From Candidatus Marinacidobacterales bacterium (GTDB taxonomy: Bacteria > Acidobacteriota > Vicinamibacteria > Marinacidobacterales > SMYC01), in contig CBDCYI010000005.1 in assembly GCA_965224085.1 (NCBI GenBank), positions 512,001 through 576,000 of the forward strand: a DNA stretch of 64,000 nt, in the 5' to 3' direction. The position numbers and the translations under genes are program-made. Positions within the stretch are counted from its first letter, which is position 1; every line of letters starts with the position of its first letter. The notes below the pieces were generated by a model that saw nothing but the letters and a program-made list of their open reading frames with translations, was not told the DNA's origin and did no database searches. Below, piece by piece: positions 9,779 through 19,380 of this stretch.

Positions 9779-10876
9779 ATGAAGCTCGCGATTTTAGCGT
9801 GGTTGGCCCTATCTCAGGAGTTTTTCACCGCCACGAAGTCGCTCGAGGAGATGGCGAACCGGCAGGCGGTCTTCGAGACGACGCGGGGCGAGTTCATCAT
9901 CGAGTTTTTACCCGAAAAAGCCCCGAATCACGTCGGCTACTTCATGAAGCTCATCGAGGAAGGCGCCTATAACGGCACCGCCTTCCATCGCCTCATCAAA
10001 TACGGCATCGTGCAAGGCGGCGACCCGAAGACCAAGGACGTGGACGCCGTCGCCGAATATGGTACCGGCGGTCTGGGCTTTTTGAAGCGCGAGCTCAGCG
10101 ACGAGTTGCATGTACGGGGCGCACTCTCGGCGGTTCAAGTCCCCGGCGACCCGGACAGCGCCGGTTCGCAGTTCTTCATCGTCGTCACCGATCAACCGGC
10201 TCTCGACGGCCAGTACACCGTCTTCGCCCGTGTCGTGGAAGGAATCAACCTCATCCAAACGATCTCGGAGACGGAAACGGGCGAGAACGGCCTCCCCACG
10301 GAGCGCATCGAGGTCGTAAACGTCACTCTGCGCGACAAGCCGCCACCGGAGATCCCGCCGTTCTCGACGGAGACCGTGGAGGAGCTCGCGACTTATCGCG
10401 CCGTGCTCGAGACGTCGTTCGGCGAGATCACCATGGAGCTCTTCTCCCACCTCGCACCGAATCACGTGCGGAACTTCCTGCGTCTCGCGAAGATTGGCCT
10501 CTATGACGGGGTCACGTTCCACCGTGTCGTGCCCGGTTTCGTGATCCAGACCGGGTTCGTCGAGACCCGCACCGAGCCGCCGTCAGAGCGCATCATGAAA
10601 TATTTCGGGAATCTAGAGCCCGAGTTCAATGACACGTCCCATGTAGCGGGCATCGTTTCTATGGCCCACGGCGAAGATCCCGCAAGCGCCAACTCTTCTT
10701 TTTTCATCGTCACCGGACCCGCGTCGCCGCTCGACAATTTGTACACCGTCTTCGGCCGCATCGTCGAGGGCATGGACGTCGTCCAGCAGATCGAAGCCGT
10801 GCCCGCAGAGAACGAAGCGCCACTCCAGCGCGTCGAGCTCACGACGGTCCGCATCGAGCGAATAGATCCACATTAG
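9779..10876 (+). CDS. Peptidyl-prolyl isomerase with two cyclophilin domains and signal peptide
   Basis: Two copies of APNHV..F...YxGxxFHR..Q.G and SQFFIV/SSFFIV..LD..YTVF. Confidence 0.9.
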   Translation: MKLAILAWLALSQEFFTATKSLEEMANRQAVFETTRGEFIIEFLPEKAPNHVGYFMKLIEEGAYNGTAFHRLIKYGIVQGGDPKTKDVDAVAEYGTGGLGFLKRELSDELHVRGALSAVQVPGDPDSAGSQFFIVVTDQPALDGQYTVFARVVEGINLIQTISETETGENGLPTERIEVVNVTLRDKPPPEIPPFSTETVEELATYRAVLETSFGEITMELFSHLAPNHVRNFLRLAKIGLYDGVTFHRVVPGFVIQTGFVETRTEPPSERIMKYFGNLEPEFNDTSHVAGIVSMAHGEDPASANSSFFIVTGPASPLDNLYTVFGRIVEGMDVVQQIEAVPAENEAPLQRVELTTVRIERIDPH

Positions 10877-10961
10877 AAGAGCTGACGCAAAGGCGCAACG
10901 ACGGCAAGAGAGCGAAGCGCTTCGCGATATGATGCCACGATGACGCGGAGAAACGCGGATA

Positions 10962-11948
10962 ATGTCTGACATAGACGTCGCCATCATCGGCGGCGGGCCG
11001 AGCGGGCTAGCGGCTGCAATCGAATGCACCAAGAACGACCTCTCTTACGTGGTGTTCGAAAAAGGGTCGCTCGTAGATGCGATCCGCCGCTTCCCCATCA
11101 ATATGGTGTTCTTCACGACACCGGAGCTACTCGAGATTGGAGAATTGCCGCTCGTCTGCGCTCGGGAGAAGCCGACGCGTCTCGAAGCGCTCAAATATTA
11201 CCGTCTGGCCGCGGAGTTCTATCGCTTACGCACGAAGCTCTATGCGCGCGTGGACGCCGTGCAAAGAGTAAATGGACGCTTTCAGGTAGAGAGCTCTTTC
11301 ACGCGCGGCCAGGTCGGTACGTCCGAGCCCATTACCGCCAAGAAGCTCGTCGTCGCAACCGGCTATTACGACAATCCCAATTACCTGGGCATCCCGGGCG
11401 AAGATCTCTCGAAAACGTCGCACTACTACGTCGAAGCGCATCCATATTATGGGCTCGATGTGGCAGTGATCGGGGGCGGGAACTCGGCGGCCGAGACGGC
11501 TCTCGACCTCTTTCGCTCCGGCGTCAAGGTGCGCCTCATCCATCGCAACAAAGAAATGTCGACGCACATCAAGTATTGGGTGCGCCCCGATATCAATAAC
11601 CGCATCTCGCGCGGCGAGATCGAAGCGCATCTCGAGACCGAGGTCGAAGCGATCTTGCCCGACAAGCTCGAGCTAAAGAACAACAAGGGCGAGCGCTACA
11701 CGATCCCGAACGATGCCGTGTTTGCCCTAACGGGATACCGACCGGACTACACGTTCCTCGAATCGATGGGTATCACGATCGACAACGAAAGCGGCAAGCC
11801 GCATACGGATCCTGAAACGTGCGAGACCAATGTCTCTGGCATCTATCTCGCGGGGGGCATCGTCGCGGGACGGCAAACGAACAAGATCTTCATCGAGAAC
11901 GGCCGGTTTCACGGACAGAAGATCGTCAAACATCTGTCCTCCTCGTGA
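10962..11948 (+). CDS. YpdA-family FAD/NAD(P)-dependent disulfide oxidoreductase
   Basis: IIGGGPSG, MVFFTTPELLEIG, ATGYYD, IGGGNSA, KYWVRPDINNRI, FIENGRFH. Confidence 0.85.
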   Translation: MSDIDVAIIGGGPSGLAAAIECTKNDLSYVVFEKGSLVDAIRRFPINMVFFTTPELLEIGELPLVCAREKPTRLEALKYYRLAAEFYRLRTKLYARVDAVQRVNGRFQVESSFTRGQVGTSEPITAKKLVVATGYYDNPNYLGIPGEDLSKTSHYYVEAHPYYGLDVAVIGGGNSAAETALDLFRSGVKVRLIHRNKEMSTHIKYWVRPDINNRISRGEIEAHLETEVEAILPDKLELKNNKGERYTIPNDAVFALTGYRPDYTFLESMGITIDNESGKPHTDPETCETNVSGIYLAGGIVAGRQTNKIFIENGRFHGQKIVKHLSSS

Positions 11949-13582
11949 GTATCGACACCGTTATCCGAAACGCTCGAATCATCGACGGGACCGGCGCGCC
12001 CGAGAGGATGGGCTACGTCGCCATCGAGGGCGGGCGAATCATCGCGCATGGCGCGAATGACGACACTATCAGGGCGGAGCACGTAATCGACGCTTCCGGT
12101 CGAGTGGTAGCACCCGGATTCGTGGACATCCACTCGCACGGGGATCTCGTGCTCGCTTGGCCGTCCAAAAAGAGGCTCCCACTCCTCCTCGGCCGCATCG
12201 CTCAAGGCATCACGACAGAAGTGATCGGCAATTGCGGCCTCGGCGCCTCGCCTCTCTTCGGCCATGGCAGCGAGCTTCTTCCTCAAATCAACGGCTGGAT
12301 GACGCCGGCGCCGTTCGACTGGAGCTGGCGCGACCTCGACGGCTACTTCGCGCATCTGGAGACGCTCGGCCTTCCCGTCAATGTCGGAAGCCTCGTCCCT
12401 CATGGCGCGCTGAGACTCGGCGCCGCCCATCTCGCGCCCGGAGAGACCGACGACGACACCCGGCACAGGATGACCGCGGCGCTCGATGGCGCGCTCGAAC
12501 AAGGCGCTTTCGGCTTGTCGGCCGGACTCATCTACCCGCCGGGCATGTACACATCGACCGACGAGCTGACCCTGCTTGCCCGCCGTCTCGCTTCTTACGA
12601 CCGCACCTTCACATGCCACCTTCGAGGCTCGAGCGAAACGCTTCTCGACGCCGTCCGCGAGCTCATCGCGATCGGCCGTGACGCCGGCGTTCACGTGCAC
12701 CACTCGCACGCGGAAGCGGTCGGGAAGGCGCACTGGCCGAAGCTCGAGTCCTTCCTGCTCATGGAGCGAGGCGCCCTCGATGAAGGCGTGCATCTAACGG
12801 CAGACATGTTTCCTTATCCCGTGGCGGCAACGATGATGCTCGCCATCTACCCGCCATGGTCGCTCGAAGGCGGGCTGCCGCGTCTTCTCGAGCGCTTGCA
12901 GGACACTGCCACGCGGGAGCGCATCCGACACGACATCGAGACGGTGGCTCCGGAGTGGCCGTCGTGGAAAGAGGGCGGTTGGCCGCACAACCTCGTAATG
13001 GCCGTCGGATGGGACCGCATTCATATCTCCACCGTGGGCTCCGAGACCAACCGGGCGGCCGTGGGGCTGTCGCTGGAAGAGCTCGGGACGAAGCGCAAGA
13101 TGACGTCGTTCGACGCGATCTCCGACCTCATGGTCGAGGAAGGCGGCAATGTCGGTCAGTTCGTTCTCGACATCACCGGCGAAGAGGGCCTGCGCGAGCT
13201 CATCCGGCGACCGGATATCGCGTTCATCACCGACGCCAACGACTACGGCAAAGGCAAGCCCCACCCAGCGGCCTATGGAAGCTTTCCGAGAGTGCTCGGC
13301 CGCTACGTGCGCGAAGAATCGATCGTGAGCCTCCCCGAAGCGATTCGCCGAATGACGTCTTTACCGGCCGATACGATCGGCCTGAGAGGGCGCGGCCGGA
13401 TCGAGAAAGGCGCCTTTGCCGACCTCGTCATCTTCGACGCGGCCGCGATCCACGACGAAGCCACGCTCGAGCAACCGCGCCAGAAAGCGAAGGGAATCGA
13501 GACGGTCCTCGTGAACGGAAAGGTCACCTACGAGAAAGGGCGTCCGACCGGCGAGCTACCGGGGGGCGTCCTGCGCGCTTAG
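11945..13582 (+). CDS. N-acyl-D-amino-acid deacylase (amidohydrolase family)
   Basis: PGFVDIHSHGD, QGITTEVIGNCG, GLIYPPG, HPAAYGSFPRVLG, ADLVIFD; GTG start overlaps ypdA stop. Confidence 0.88.
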   Translation: MSIDTVIRNARIIDGTGAPERMGYVAIEGGRIIAHGANDDTIRAEHVIDASGRVVAPGFVDIHSHGDLVLAWPSKKRLPLLLGRIAQGITTEVIGNCGLGASPLFGHGSELLPQINGWMTPAPFDWSWRDLDGYFAHLETLGLPVNVGSLVPHGALRLGAAHLAPGETDDDTRHRMTAALDGALEQGAFGLSAGLIYPPGMYTSTDELTLLARRLASYDRTFTCHLRGSSETLLDAVRELIAIGRDAGVHVHHSHAEAVGKAHWPKLESFLLMERGALDEGVHLTADMFPYPVAATMMLAIYPPWSLEGGLPRLLERLQDTATRERIRHDIETVAPEWPSWKEGGWPHNLVMAVGWDRIHISTVGSETNRAAVGLSLEELGTKRKMTSFDAISDLMVEEGGNVGQFVLDITGEEGLRELIRRPDIAFITDANDYGKGKPHPAAYGSFPRVLGRYVREESIVSLPEAIRRMTSLPADTIGLRGRGRIEKGAFADLVIFDAAAIHDEATLEQPRQKAKGIETVLVNGKVTYEKGRPTGELPGGVLRA

Positions 13583-13599
13583 TTTCCGCGATCAGGTGA

Positions 13600-14007
13600 G
13601 CGCGGTTCCCATCGAGGGGCCGAGAACGCGAGCTGCCGTTCTTCTCGCCCGACCGCGAGTGGTTGGCTTTTTTTCGCGACAAGGCCCTGTGGAAAGTATC
13701 GCTTTCGGCGGGAGCGCCTCAACGGGTGTGTGACGCGCCAAACCCTGCCGGCGCCAGTTGGAGCTCCGACGACACGATTGTCCTGTCGGTTCAGGACGGC
13801 GACTTGCTCTCGGTGCCGGCGACGGAGGGAGCCCCCACGATTCTCGACACGGGCTCGCTGTCTTCTATTCACTCTCCGTTTCGTTTGGAAGAGGCGGGGC
13901 CTCTGCTGTTCGTGAGCTGGGGAGGTCTACCCCACTTTTTCTCGTCCTCTATAGAGGAGAGCTACGCACACGGCGAGCTCATTCCTGATTTGCTTTGTAA
14001 AGTATAA
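13600..14007 (+). pseudogene. Remnant of a PD40/TolB-like beta-propeller (as in acidobacterial Ser/Thr kinases)
   Basis: PFFSPDREWLAFF..LWKVSLSAGAPQRVCDAP..GASWSSDDTIV with indels near 13620-13640; no start or kinase domain. Confidence 0.55.
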
Positions 14008-14023
14008 CTGTTATACCATTACG

Positions 14024-14302
14024 GTGAGACTCAAGTTCGACGCCAAAAAGAGCGCGGAGCTCAAAGCGAATCCGAAGCGAGGAATCGGATTCGAGGAGAC
14101 GGTTTCTCTCTGGGAGAGACCGTATTACTTGGACCAGCGTATCGATTCACCGGAGCAGTTCAGAGCGATCGGCTGGGTCGAGGATAAGTTGTACTCGGTC
14201 ATCTTCGAAGTTCGTGAGGACGAAGACGGCGAGTTCTACCATTTGGTGACTTTGTGGAAGGCGACACGAGAGGAACGCGAGCTGTATGAAGAAAACGCGT
14301 AA
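14024..14302 (+). CDS. BrnT-family toxin
   Basis: FDAKKSAELKANPKRGIGFEE, RAIG, LVTLWKATREERELYE; overlaps the antitoxin gene. Confidence 0.8.
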   Translation: MRLKFDAKKSAELKANPKRGIGFEETVSLWERPYYLDQRIDSPEQFRAIGWVEDKLYSVIFEVREDEDGEFYHLVTLWKATREERELYEENA

Positions 14303-14591
14303 GACGAAGAACACCAAGAAACGGATCGCGAGCGCCGATGAGATCGCGGACCGCGCCGACCGGGGCGAGGACATTTCACCGTTCTTCACGAACGACGGCA
14401 AGATGAGGCCGCCGATTCAGCGCGTCAATGTCGACTTCACGCGCGAGATGCTCACGGAGTTGGACGAAGCAGCTCGCCGGCTCAACATCAGCCGCCAGGC
14501 CGTCATCAAAACATTCGTTCGCGACAGCCTCGACCGTCGGTACGTGGCGGCGGCGGCCGCGAGAGACGCGTCGTCAAAGAAGGGTTCTTGA
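14286..14591 (+). CDS. BrnA-type ribbon-helix-helix antitoxin
   Basis: ADRGEDIS..F, QRVNVDF..MLTELDEAARRLNISRQAVIK. Confidence 0.8.
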   Translation: MKKTRKTKNTKKRIASADEIADRADRGEDISPFFTNDGKMRPPIQRVNVDFTREMLTELDEAARRLNISRQAVIKTFVRDSLDRRYVAAAAARDASSKKGS

Positions 14592-14693
14592 CAGGAGCCA
14601 TGGTCACCGCGGCGCGTGGGATCCGGTCGAATGGAGGTCTACGTCGAGACCTGGGTATGGACGTTGTCGATGGCGGCTTCTACAATAGGCGCC

Positions 14694-15287
14694 ATGGCTT
14701 TTCTCGACCGCTTCGTTTCGGACATCATCAAGAAATCGACCGGATTCAACACGCGCTCTTTCGTGCGGACGGTCGGCGGCAAGAACATCTTGCTTCTCGG
14801 AGGCGCGGCCGTCGCCGCTGCGCTCGCGGCAGATAAACTTGGCGGGTCACAGAAGCCGTCTCAGCCCGCCGTCCCGCCGGTACCAAATGACGCGCTTCCT
14901 CCGATCCCCCCGCCGCCGCCTCCGCCTCCGGAGCTTCTCTTCGCGATCGTGCGTACCATGGTCGCCGCGTCTCTCGCCGATGGCCAGCAGCACGACGACG
15001 AAAAAGCGCTCATCAATAGCCGCCTCGGAGAATCGGGGCTCTCGCTCGAGCAGATCCAGCAAGTCCACAGCGACCTCGCCACGCCGCCCACCTCCGCCGA
15101 GCTCGCGGCGCTCGTCGACAACGCCCACGACAAAGAACTCCTGTATCGCTTTGGCGCGCTCGTGGTCCTCGCGGATGACAATGTGAGCGACGACGAGAAA
15201 GCATGGCTCACCGGAACCGCCACGGCGCTCGGCATCGACCCGGCGCGACGTCAGGCACTCGATCGCGAAATATTCGAAGCTACTTGA
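14694..15287 (+). CDS. DUF533/TerB-like protein with proline-rich linker
   Basis: RTMVAASLADGQQHDDEKALI, ADDNVSDDEKAWL; ATG 14694 inferred. Confidence 0.65.
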   Translation: MAFLDRFVSDIIKKSTGFNTRSFVRTVGGKNILLLGGAAVAAALAADKLGGSQKPSQPAVPPVPNDALPPIPPPPPPPPELLFAIVRTMVAASLADGQQHDDEKALINSRLGESGLSLEQIQQVHSDLATPPTSAELAALVDNAHDKELLYRFGALVVLADDNVSDDEKAWLTGTATALGIDPARRQALDREIFEAT

Positions 15288-16581
15288 TTAGCAGAATTCT
15301 CTGGTTCACCGGATAAAACCACTCAACCCCTCTCTCGGTCACGATCGCGTCGTCTTCGAGCGGGATCCGCACTTTCGCGCCTCCGAACTCCTCGGCTTTC
15401 GTATAGGCGAAAAGCTCGATCGAGAACATGTTCGACGGCTTGATCTCGTAAGTGAGACGCGTCGGGTTGAACCACGCGATCGACGGCCCGGTTCCGTGGC
15501 CGAGGTTGCCCACCGAGTGGCAACCGATGACAACATCGGTCGTGTCGGCGTCCGTCGGCTGATTGAACCCGATGAGCGAGAAGCCCGCTTCCTGTAGCGC
15601 GTGGTTGACCTGCTCGAGCATCTCACCTGCGGTGGGACCGGCCTTGATGCTCCGCCGCACGACGTCGCGTGCTCTGAGTCCTTGATCGAAAGCGTTTTGA
15701 ATTCCTGGTGGCACCGCTGTCTCACCTGCCTTCAGGACGTAAGCGATACGCTTCATGTCGGTAAAGAAGTTCAGATAACCGACGCCCCAATCGATCATGA
15801 GGAGCTCGCCGCGCTGAATGATGTGCTCATCCGATGTCGCGACGATACCCTCGGGGCCGGTCACGTAGACCGATGGCATGCCGAACGAGGATTCTAGCCC
15901 TCGCTCGAACTGCTGCTCCTGCATCCACCACGAGACGTCCTCGAGGGTCGTCACTCCTGGCGTGATAATGGCGTTCGAGAAGGCGCGCTCGGCTATCTCG
16001 CGGGACATCTCTCCAGCCTCTCCAAAGGCGACGATCTCGCTTGCCACGCGGCGTGAGCGAAAATCCGAGACGAGCTTCTCCGCGGAAGTGAACCTCTCTG
16101 AATAGTCCTCTCCGAGCGTGCGCACGAGATGCTCGAAGCCGGTATGGGACAGGCCGTCCGCCGCGCCGATGCTCTCGGACATGTTGAGGCCGATACTTCT
16201 GGGATCGCGCTCGGCAACGAAAGCCGCGAGGTCGAAACTTCCCGTCACGACGTCGTAGACACCGCAAGCTTCGAGCCTGCGTCCGCCCACGCCGAGCGCC
16301 GCCCGCTCGATCCTCCCACCGCCGCCGTCGGTGAAAATGTAATAACCGATATTGCCGACATAGCCTTCGCCGAGATCGTAGTAGAGTGGATCACGCAGTC
16401 CCTCTTTCTGCATCACGATCCACATGTCGATGTCGTTCTCCTTCATGGCCTCGGGGAGAATGCGGTCGAATTTCTCGTGCCGGATCTGGCACATCCGTTC
16501 CCATCGTCGGCGCGCTTCCTGCGGGAGGGCCTCGGAAGCGGCAAAAAGACATAGGACGGCGACAACAATCGAGAATCTCAT
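15280..16581 (-). CDS. M24 family (Xaa-Pro) metallopeptidase, secreted
   Basis: Signal peptide MRFSIVVAVL; IDWGVGYLNFFTD, HSVGNLGH, SIE and LEDD metal ligands. Confidence 0.82.
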   Translation of the reverse strand: MRFSIVVAVLCLFAASEALPQEARRRWERMCQIRHEKFDRILPEAMKENDIDMWIVMQKEGLRDPLYYDLGEGYVGNIGYYIFTDGGGGRIERAALGVGGRRLEACGVYDVVTGSFDLAAFVAERDPRSIGLNMSESIGAADGLSHTGFEHLVRTLGEDYSERFTSAEKLVSDFRSRRVASEIVAFGEAGEMSREIAERAFSNAIITPGVTTLEDVSWWMQEQQFERGLESSFGMPSVYVTGPEGIVATSDEHIIQRGELLMIDWGVGYLNFFTDMKRIAYVLKAGETAVPPGIQNAFDQGLRARDVVRRSIKAGPTAGEMLEQVNHALQEAGFSLIGFNQPTDADTTDVVIGCHSVGNLGHGTGPSIAWFNPTRLTYEIKPSNMFSIELFAYTKAEEFGGAKVRIPLEDDAIVTERGVEWFYPVNQRILLIK

Positions 16582-16638
16582 GGTTACTCCATCGGCTTTT
16601 TTGATCCGCGGCGGTATCCTACAGGAACGAGCAGTTGC

Positions 16639-17304
16639 TTGGGAAGTCCGCAGCTGACAGAATCGCGCTTCATCAGGAGTGGGTCGTTGAGCAAGAGCGA
16701 AGCGGAGGGCAGGAAACCGAGACGGCCGTCTCGAGTGAATCAGCGCCGGGGTCAGATCCTCGAAAAAGCGGCGCATCTTTTTTGCGTCAAAGGTTACGAC
16801 TCCACCTCCATGAGCGACATCGCCGACGAAGTGGGCATCACCAAAGCGGGCCTCTACTATTTCGTCGAGGGCAAAGAGCACTTACTCTACTTGATTACGG
16901 ATTACGGACTTGACCTTCTCGACGAAACCGTCGTGCAACCGTTGAAAAAGCTCGAAGACCCCAAGGACTTCCTCACCGAACTCATCAAGCTCCATACCCA
17001 CATGGTGTTGAACCGTCCGAGAGAGGTCACCATCATCCTCCACGAGCGAACCGCATTGACCGGTGTCTACCGGGAAAAGATATTGCAGCGGAAAAAGGAA
17101 TATATCAACTACGTGCGCAGTCTTCTCGTACGCCTTCAGCAACGGGGAGAGGCGCGCCAAGATCTTGACCCCACCGCGGCAACCTTCTTCCTGCTCGGCT
17201 CCCTCAACTGGATCTATCAGTGGTACAAGTTAGACGGCCCTCTAACGGAGGAACAGCTGGCGAGCGAGCTCACGAAGCTGTTTACGGCGGGCTTCCTTAA
17301 ATAA
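16639..17304 (+). CDS. TetR/AcrR family regulator
   Basis: ILEKAAHLF..KGYDSTSMSDIADEVGITKAGLYYFVEGKE; LNWIYQWY; start uncertain. Confidence 0.9.
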   Translation: MGSPQLTESRFIRSGSLSKSEAEGRKPRRPSRVNQRRGQILEKAAHLFCVKGYDSTSMSDIADEVGITKAGLYYFVEGKEHLLYLITDYGLDLLDETVVQPLKKLEDPKDFLTELIKLHTHMVLNRPREVTIILHERTALTGVYREKILQRKKEYINYVRSLLVRLQQRGEARQDLDPTAATFFLLGSLNWIYQWYKLDGPLTEEQLASELTKLFTAGFLK

Positions 17305-17326
17305 CAATCCCCCGCCCTCGCTAAAC

Positions 17327-17662
17327 TTATCGGGAAACGCTGCGCGCCGAAAGCTCGATGACCTCGAGGAGTTGATCCTGCAAGTCCGGGTTTCCGATCT
17401 TCCGCCAGTGACCGAGAAGTTTTTGTTCTTCCTTGTTTTCGGCAAGCGGTTTTCGGGTGCGGCTGTCGGGGATGAGATCCGAGACAACCACGTTTAGCGA
17501 CTTGCTGATTTTTTTGAGCCAATCGAGCGACGTGCGCCGGCGGCCTTGCTCGAAATTCGAGAGAGCCGAAGGCGATAGCCCCGCTTTTCGCGCAAGCTCC
17601 TCTTGGAGCATGCCCCTTTTTTGTCGCAGCTCACGAATACGCTGCCCGACTTCTGCGTGCAT
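17327..17662 (-). CDS. XRE-family HTH regulator
   Basis: VGQRIRELRQKRGMLQEELARKAGLSPSALSNFEQGRR; GGAGGT RBS. Confidence 0.88.
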   Translation of the reverse strand: MHAEVGQRIRELRQKRGMLQEELARKAGLSPSALSNFEQGRRRTSLDWLKKISKSLNVVVSDLIPDSRTRKPLAENKEEQKLLGHWRKIGNPDLQDQLLEVIELSARSVSR

Positions 17663-17855
17663 TGGAACCTCCTTTTGTTCCAAAAAGACAATCATGAAAT
17701 CAGTTTCACGGCACCGTAGCATGAAACGTGGCCCCAACGCACCACGGGTAGTTTCTGGTGTAAGAAAGGCGTTAGTTCCAAGAGAGTTCTGCCACCAAAT
17801 CCGGCTACGACGTGTTAAAATAGGGAGTTTTTCGACATTGAGGAGGCAAGCACCG

Positions 17856-18083
17856 TTGGATATCAATGACGCCGGTCTATTCATGAAGGTGAACATCGCC
17901 GCGCAAAGGGCGCGTCAGATCATGCAGGGCGCAGCCGTGAAGGTTCACAGCGACTCCCGCAAACCTGCCGCGATCGCGATCCGAGAGCTCGAAGACGGCG
18001 TGCTCGAAGCGTTTACGCCAGCAGAGCTTCCTGATCCTCCCGAAGAAGGGTTCCAAGAAGAGGATTCAGAAGAAGAGCTCTGA
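17856..18083 (+). CDS. rpoZ: RNA polymerase omega subunit-like protein
   Basis: VNIAAQRARQIMQGA...KPAAIAIRELEDG matches omega conserved regions; AGGAGG RBS at 17841-17846 before TTG 17856; acidic tail. Confidence 0.7.
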   Translation: MDINDAGLFMKVNIAAQRARQIMQGAAVKVHSDSRKPAAIAIRELEDGVLEAFTPAELPDPPEEGFQEEDSEEEL

Positions 18084-18265
18084 GCCCGGCGCTCAAGCCT
18101 TCAACTCACGATCCCTTCCACGTTCTCGTTCTTGAGAAAACTCTTCAACGTGTCCGCCGTCGCGGTTACCCGGTCGAGATGGTACCGCGACAATACGTCC
18201 TTCATGTAAGGATGGTGGCGCAATAGCTCACCTATCCCTTCCTACACAGGACTTTATTTTTTTCG

Positions 18266-18844
18266 TTAGCCGCTTTCTGACTCGCGTTCTTTCAGGAGCT
18301 CGGCGAGACGTTTATGGATCCGCGCCCGATAGCGAAGATCACCGAGGCTAGATGCCTCGAGTGGCGGGTTGACGTTCGTTACGAGGTCGTCCACAGCGAC
18401 CCAACGCGCAGCTTCGAACGCGTCGCGGTCTTGGGGCCCGATCGGCCCGTCCTCGGCATGAGCAAGCATGACATGCGTCATCCACGATGTTTTCTTACCG
18501 TCGAGCATGAAGACCGCATGAATCTGCAGCAGATAGTCCTTCACGCGCACCGCGAGGCCCGTTTCCTCGAGCGCTTCGCGGGCGGCGCCGTCGACAAAAG
18601 ACTCTTCGGGGTGGATACCTCCCGAGGGGATTCGAAAGGCGTCAGGAGGATCGCCCGGCTTGCGCACGACCGCGACGTGCGCGTCCTTCACAATGAGGAG
18701 GCTCACGTCATGTGCTCGGCCCAGAGTGATGTGTTTCTCGACCTCGCGGAACTCGGGCTCCGTCAACGGAACGTCCCAGCGTTCGATGATTGGCGCGCCG
18801 AACTCGAATACGAGCTCTTGGACGATGTGCCTGCTGATATGCAT
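18266..18844 (-). CDS. NUDIX hydrolase
   Basis: PSGGIHPEESFVDGAAREALEETGL Nudix box. Confidence 0.85.
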   Translation of the reverse strand: MHISRHIVQELVFEFGAPIIERWDVPLTEPEFREVEKHITLGRAHDVSLLIVKDAHVAVVRKPGDPPDAFRIPSGGIHPEESFVDGAAREALEETGLAVRVKDYLLQIHAVFMLDGKKTSWMTHVMLAHAEDGPIGPQDRDAFEAARWVAVDDLVTNVNPPLEASSLGDLRYRARIHKRLAELLKERESESG

Positions 18845-18855
18845 ATCGCGGTGGC

Positions 18856-19380
18856 TCAGCTCGCGCTGCTCGGCGCGTTCAAGAGCGCAACGAGGTCACG
18901 AATCACCGACGGGGCCACCCAGTCCCGGGCACCAACGACTTTCGATTTCAGGCGGCCGCTTCTATCAATGATGTAAGTCTCGGGATATTTGAAGGTCTGA
19001 TAGGAGCGGGAGACCTTCATGCCGTTGTCGTGAAGAACGGTGAACGTCAAGTTCCATTCATCGACGAATCTTTCGATATCGCTGAAGCGCTCGTCGACGG
19101 AGACGGCGACGACAACAAGCCCTTTGGACGCGAGCGCCTCGTGTAGTTTTTCGAGAGACGGCATCTCTTCGATGCAAGGAGGACACCATGTCGCCCAATA
19201 GTTGAGCACGACGACCTTCCCTTTGAGCTCGTCGAGCGCGCGCATCCGACCTTCGAGGTCTGGAAGCGTAAAGCCGGGCACGGGCGCCCCTACTTGCGCT
19301 CCCGGATTCTCTTTGCACGATATCGAAGCGCACGCAAAAAGAGCCGTGAAGAGCAGCGTCGCACGCGAATCAACTAGCAT
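18856..19380 (-). CDS. TlpA/ResA-family thiol-disulfide oxidoreductase, probable lipoprotein
   Basis: LNYWATWCPPCIEEMP, YPETYIID. Confidence 0.9.
   Translation of the reverse strand: MLVDSRATLLFTALFACASISCKENPGAQVGAPVPGFTLPDLEGRMRALDELKGKVVVLNYWATWCPPCIEEMPSLEKLHEALASKGLVVVAVSVDERFSDIERFVDEWNLTFTVLHDNGMKVSRSYQTFKYPETYIIDRSGRLKSKVVGARDWVAPSVIRDLVALLNAPSSAS

Noticed and set aside
18101-18205. 34-aa minus-strand ORF MKDVLSRYHLDR...
   Set aside because: No recognisable motif or well-spaced RBS; cannot be supported.
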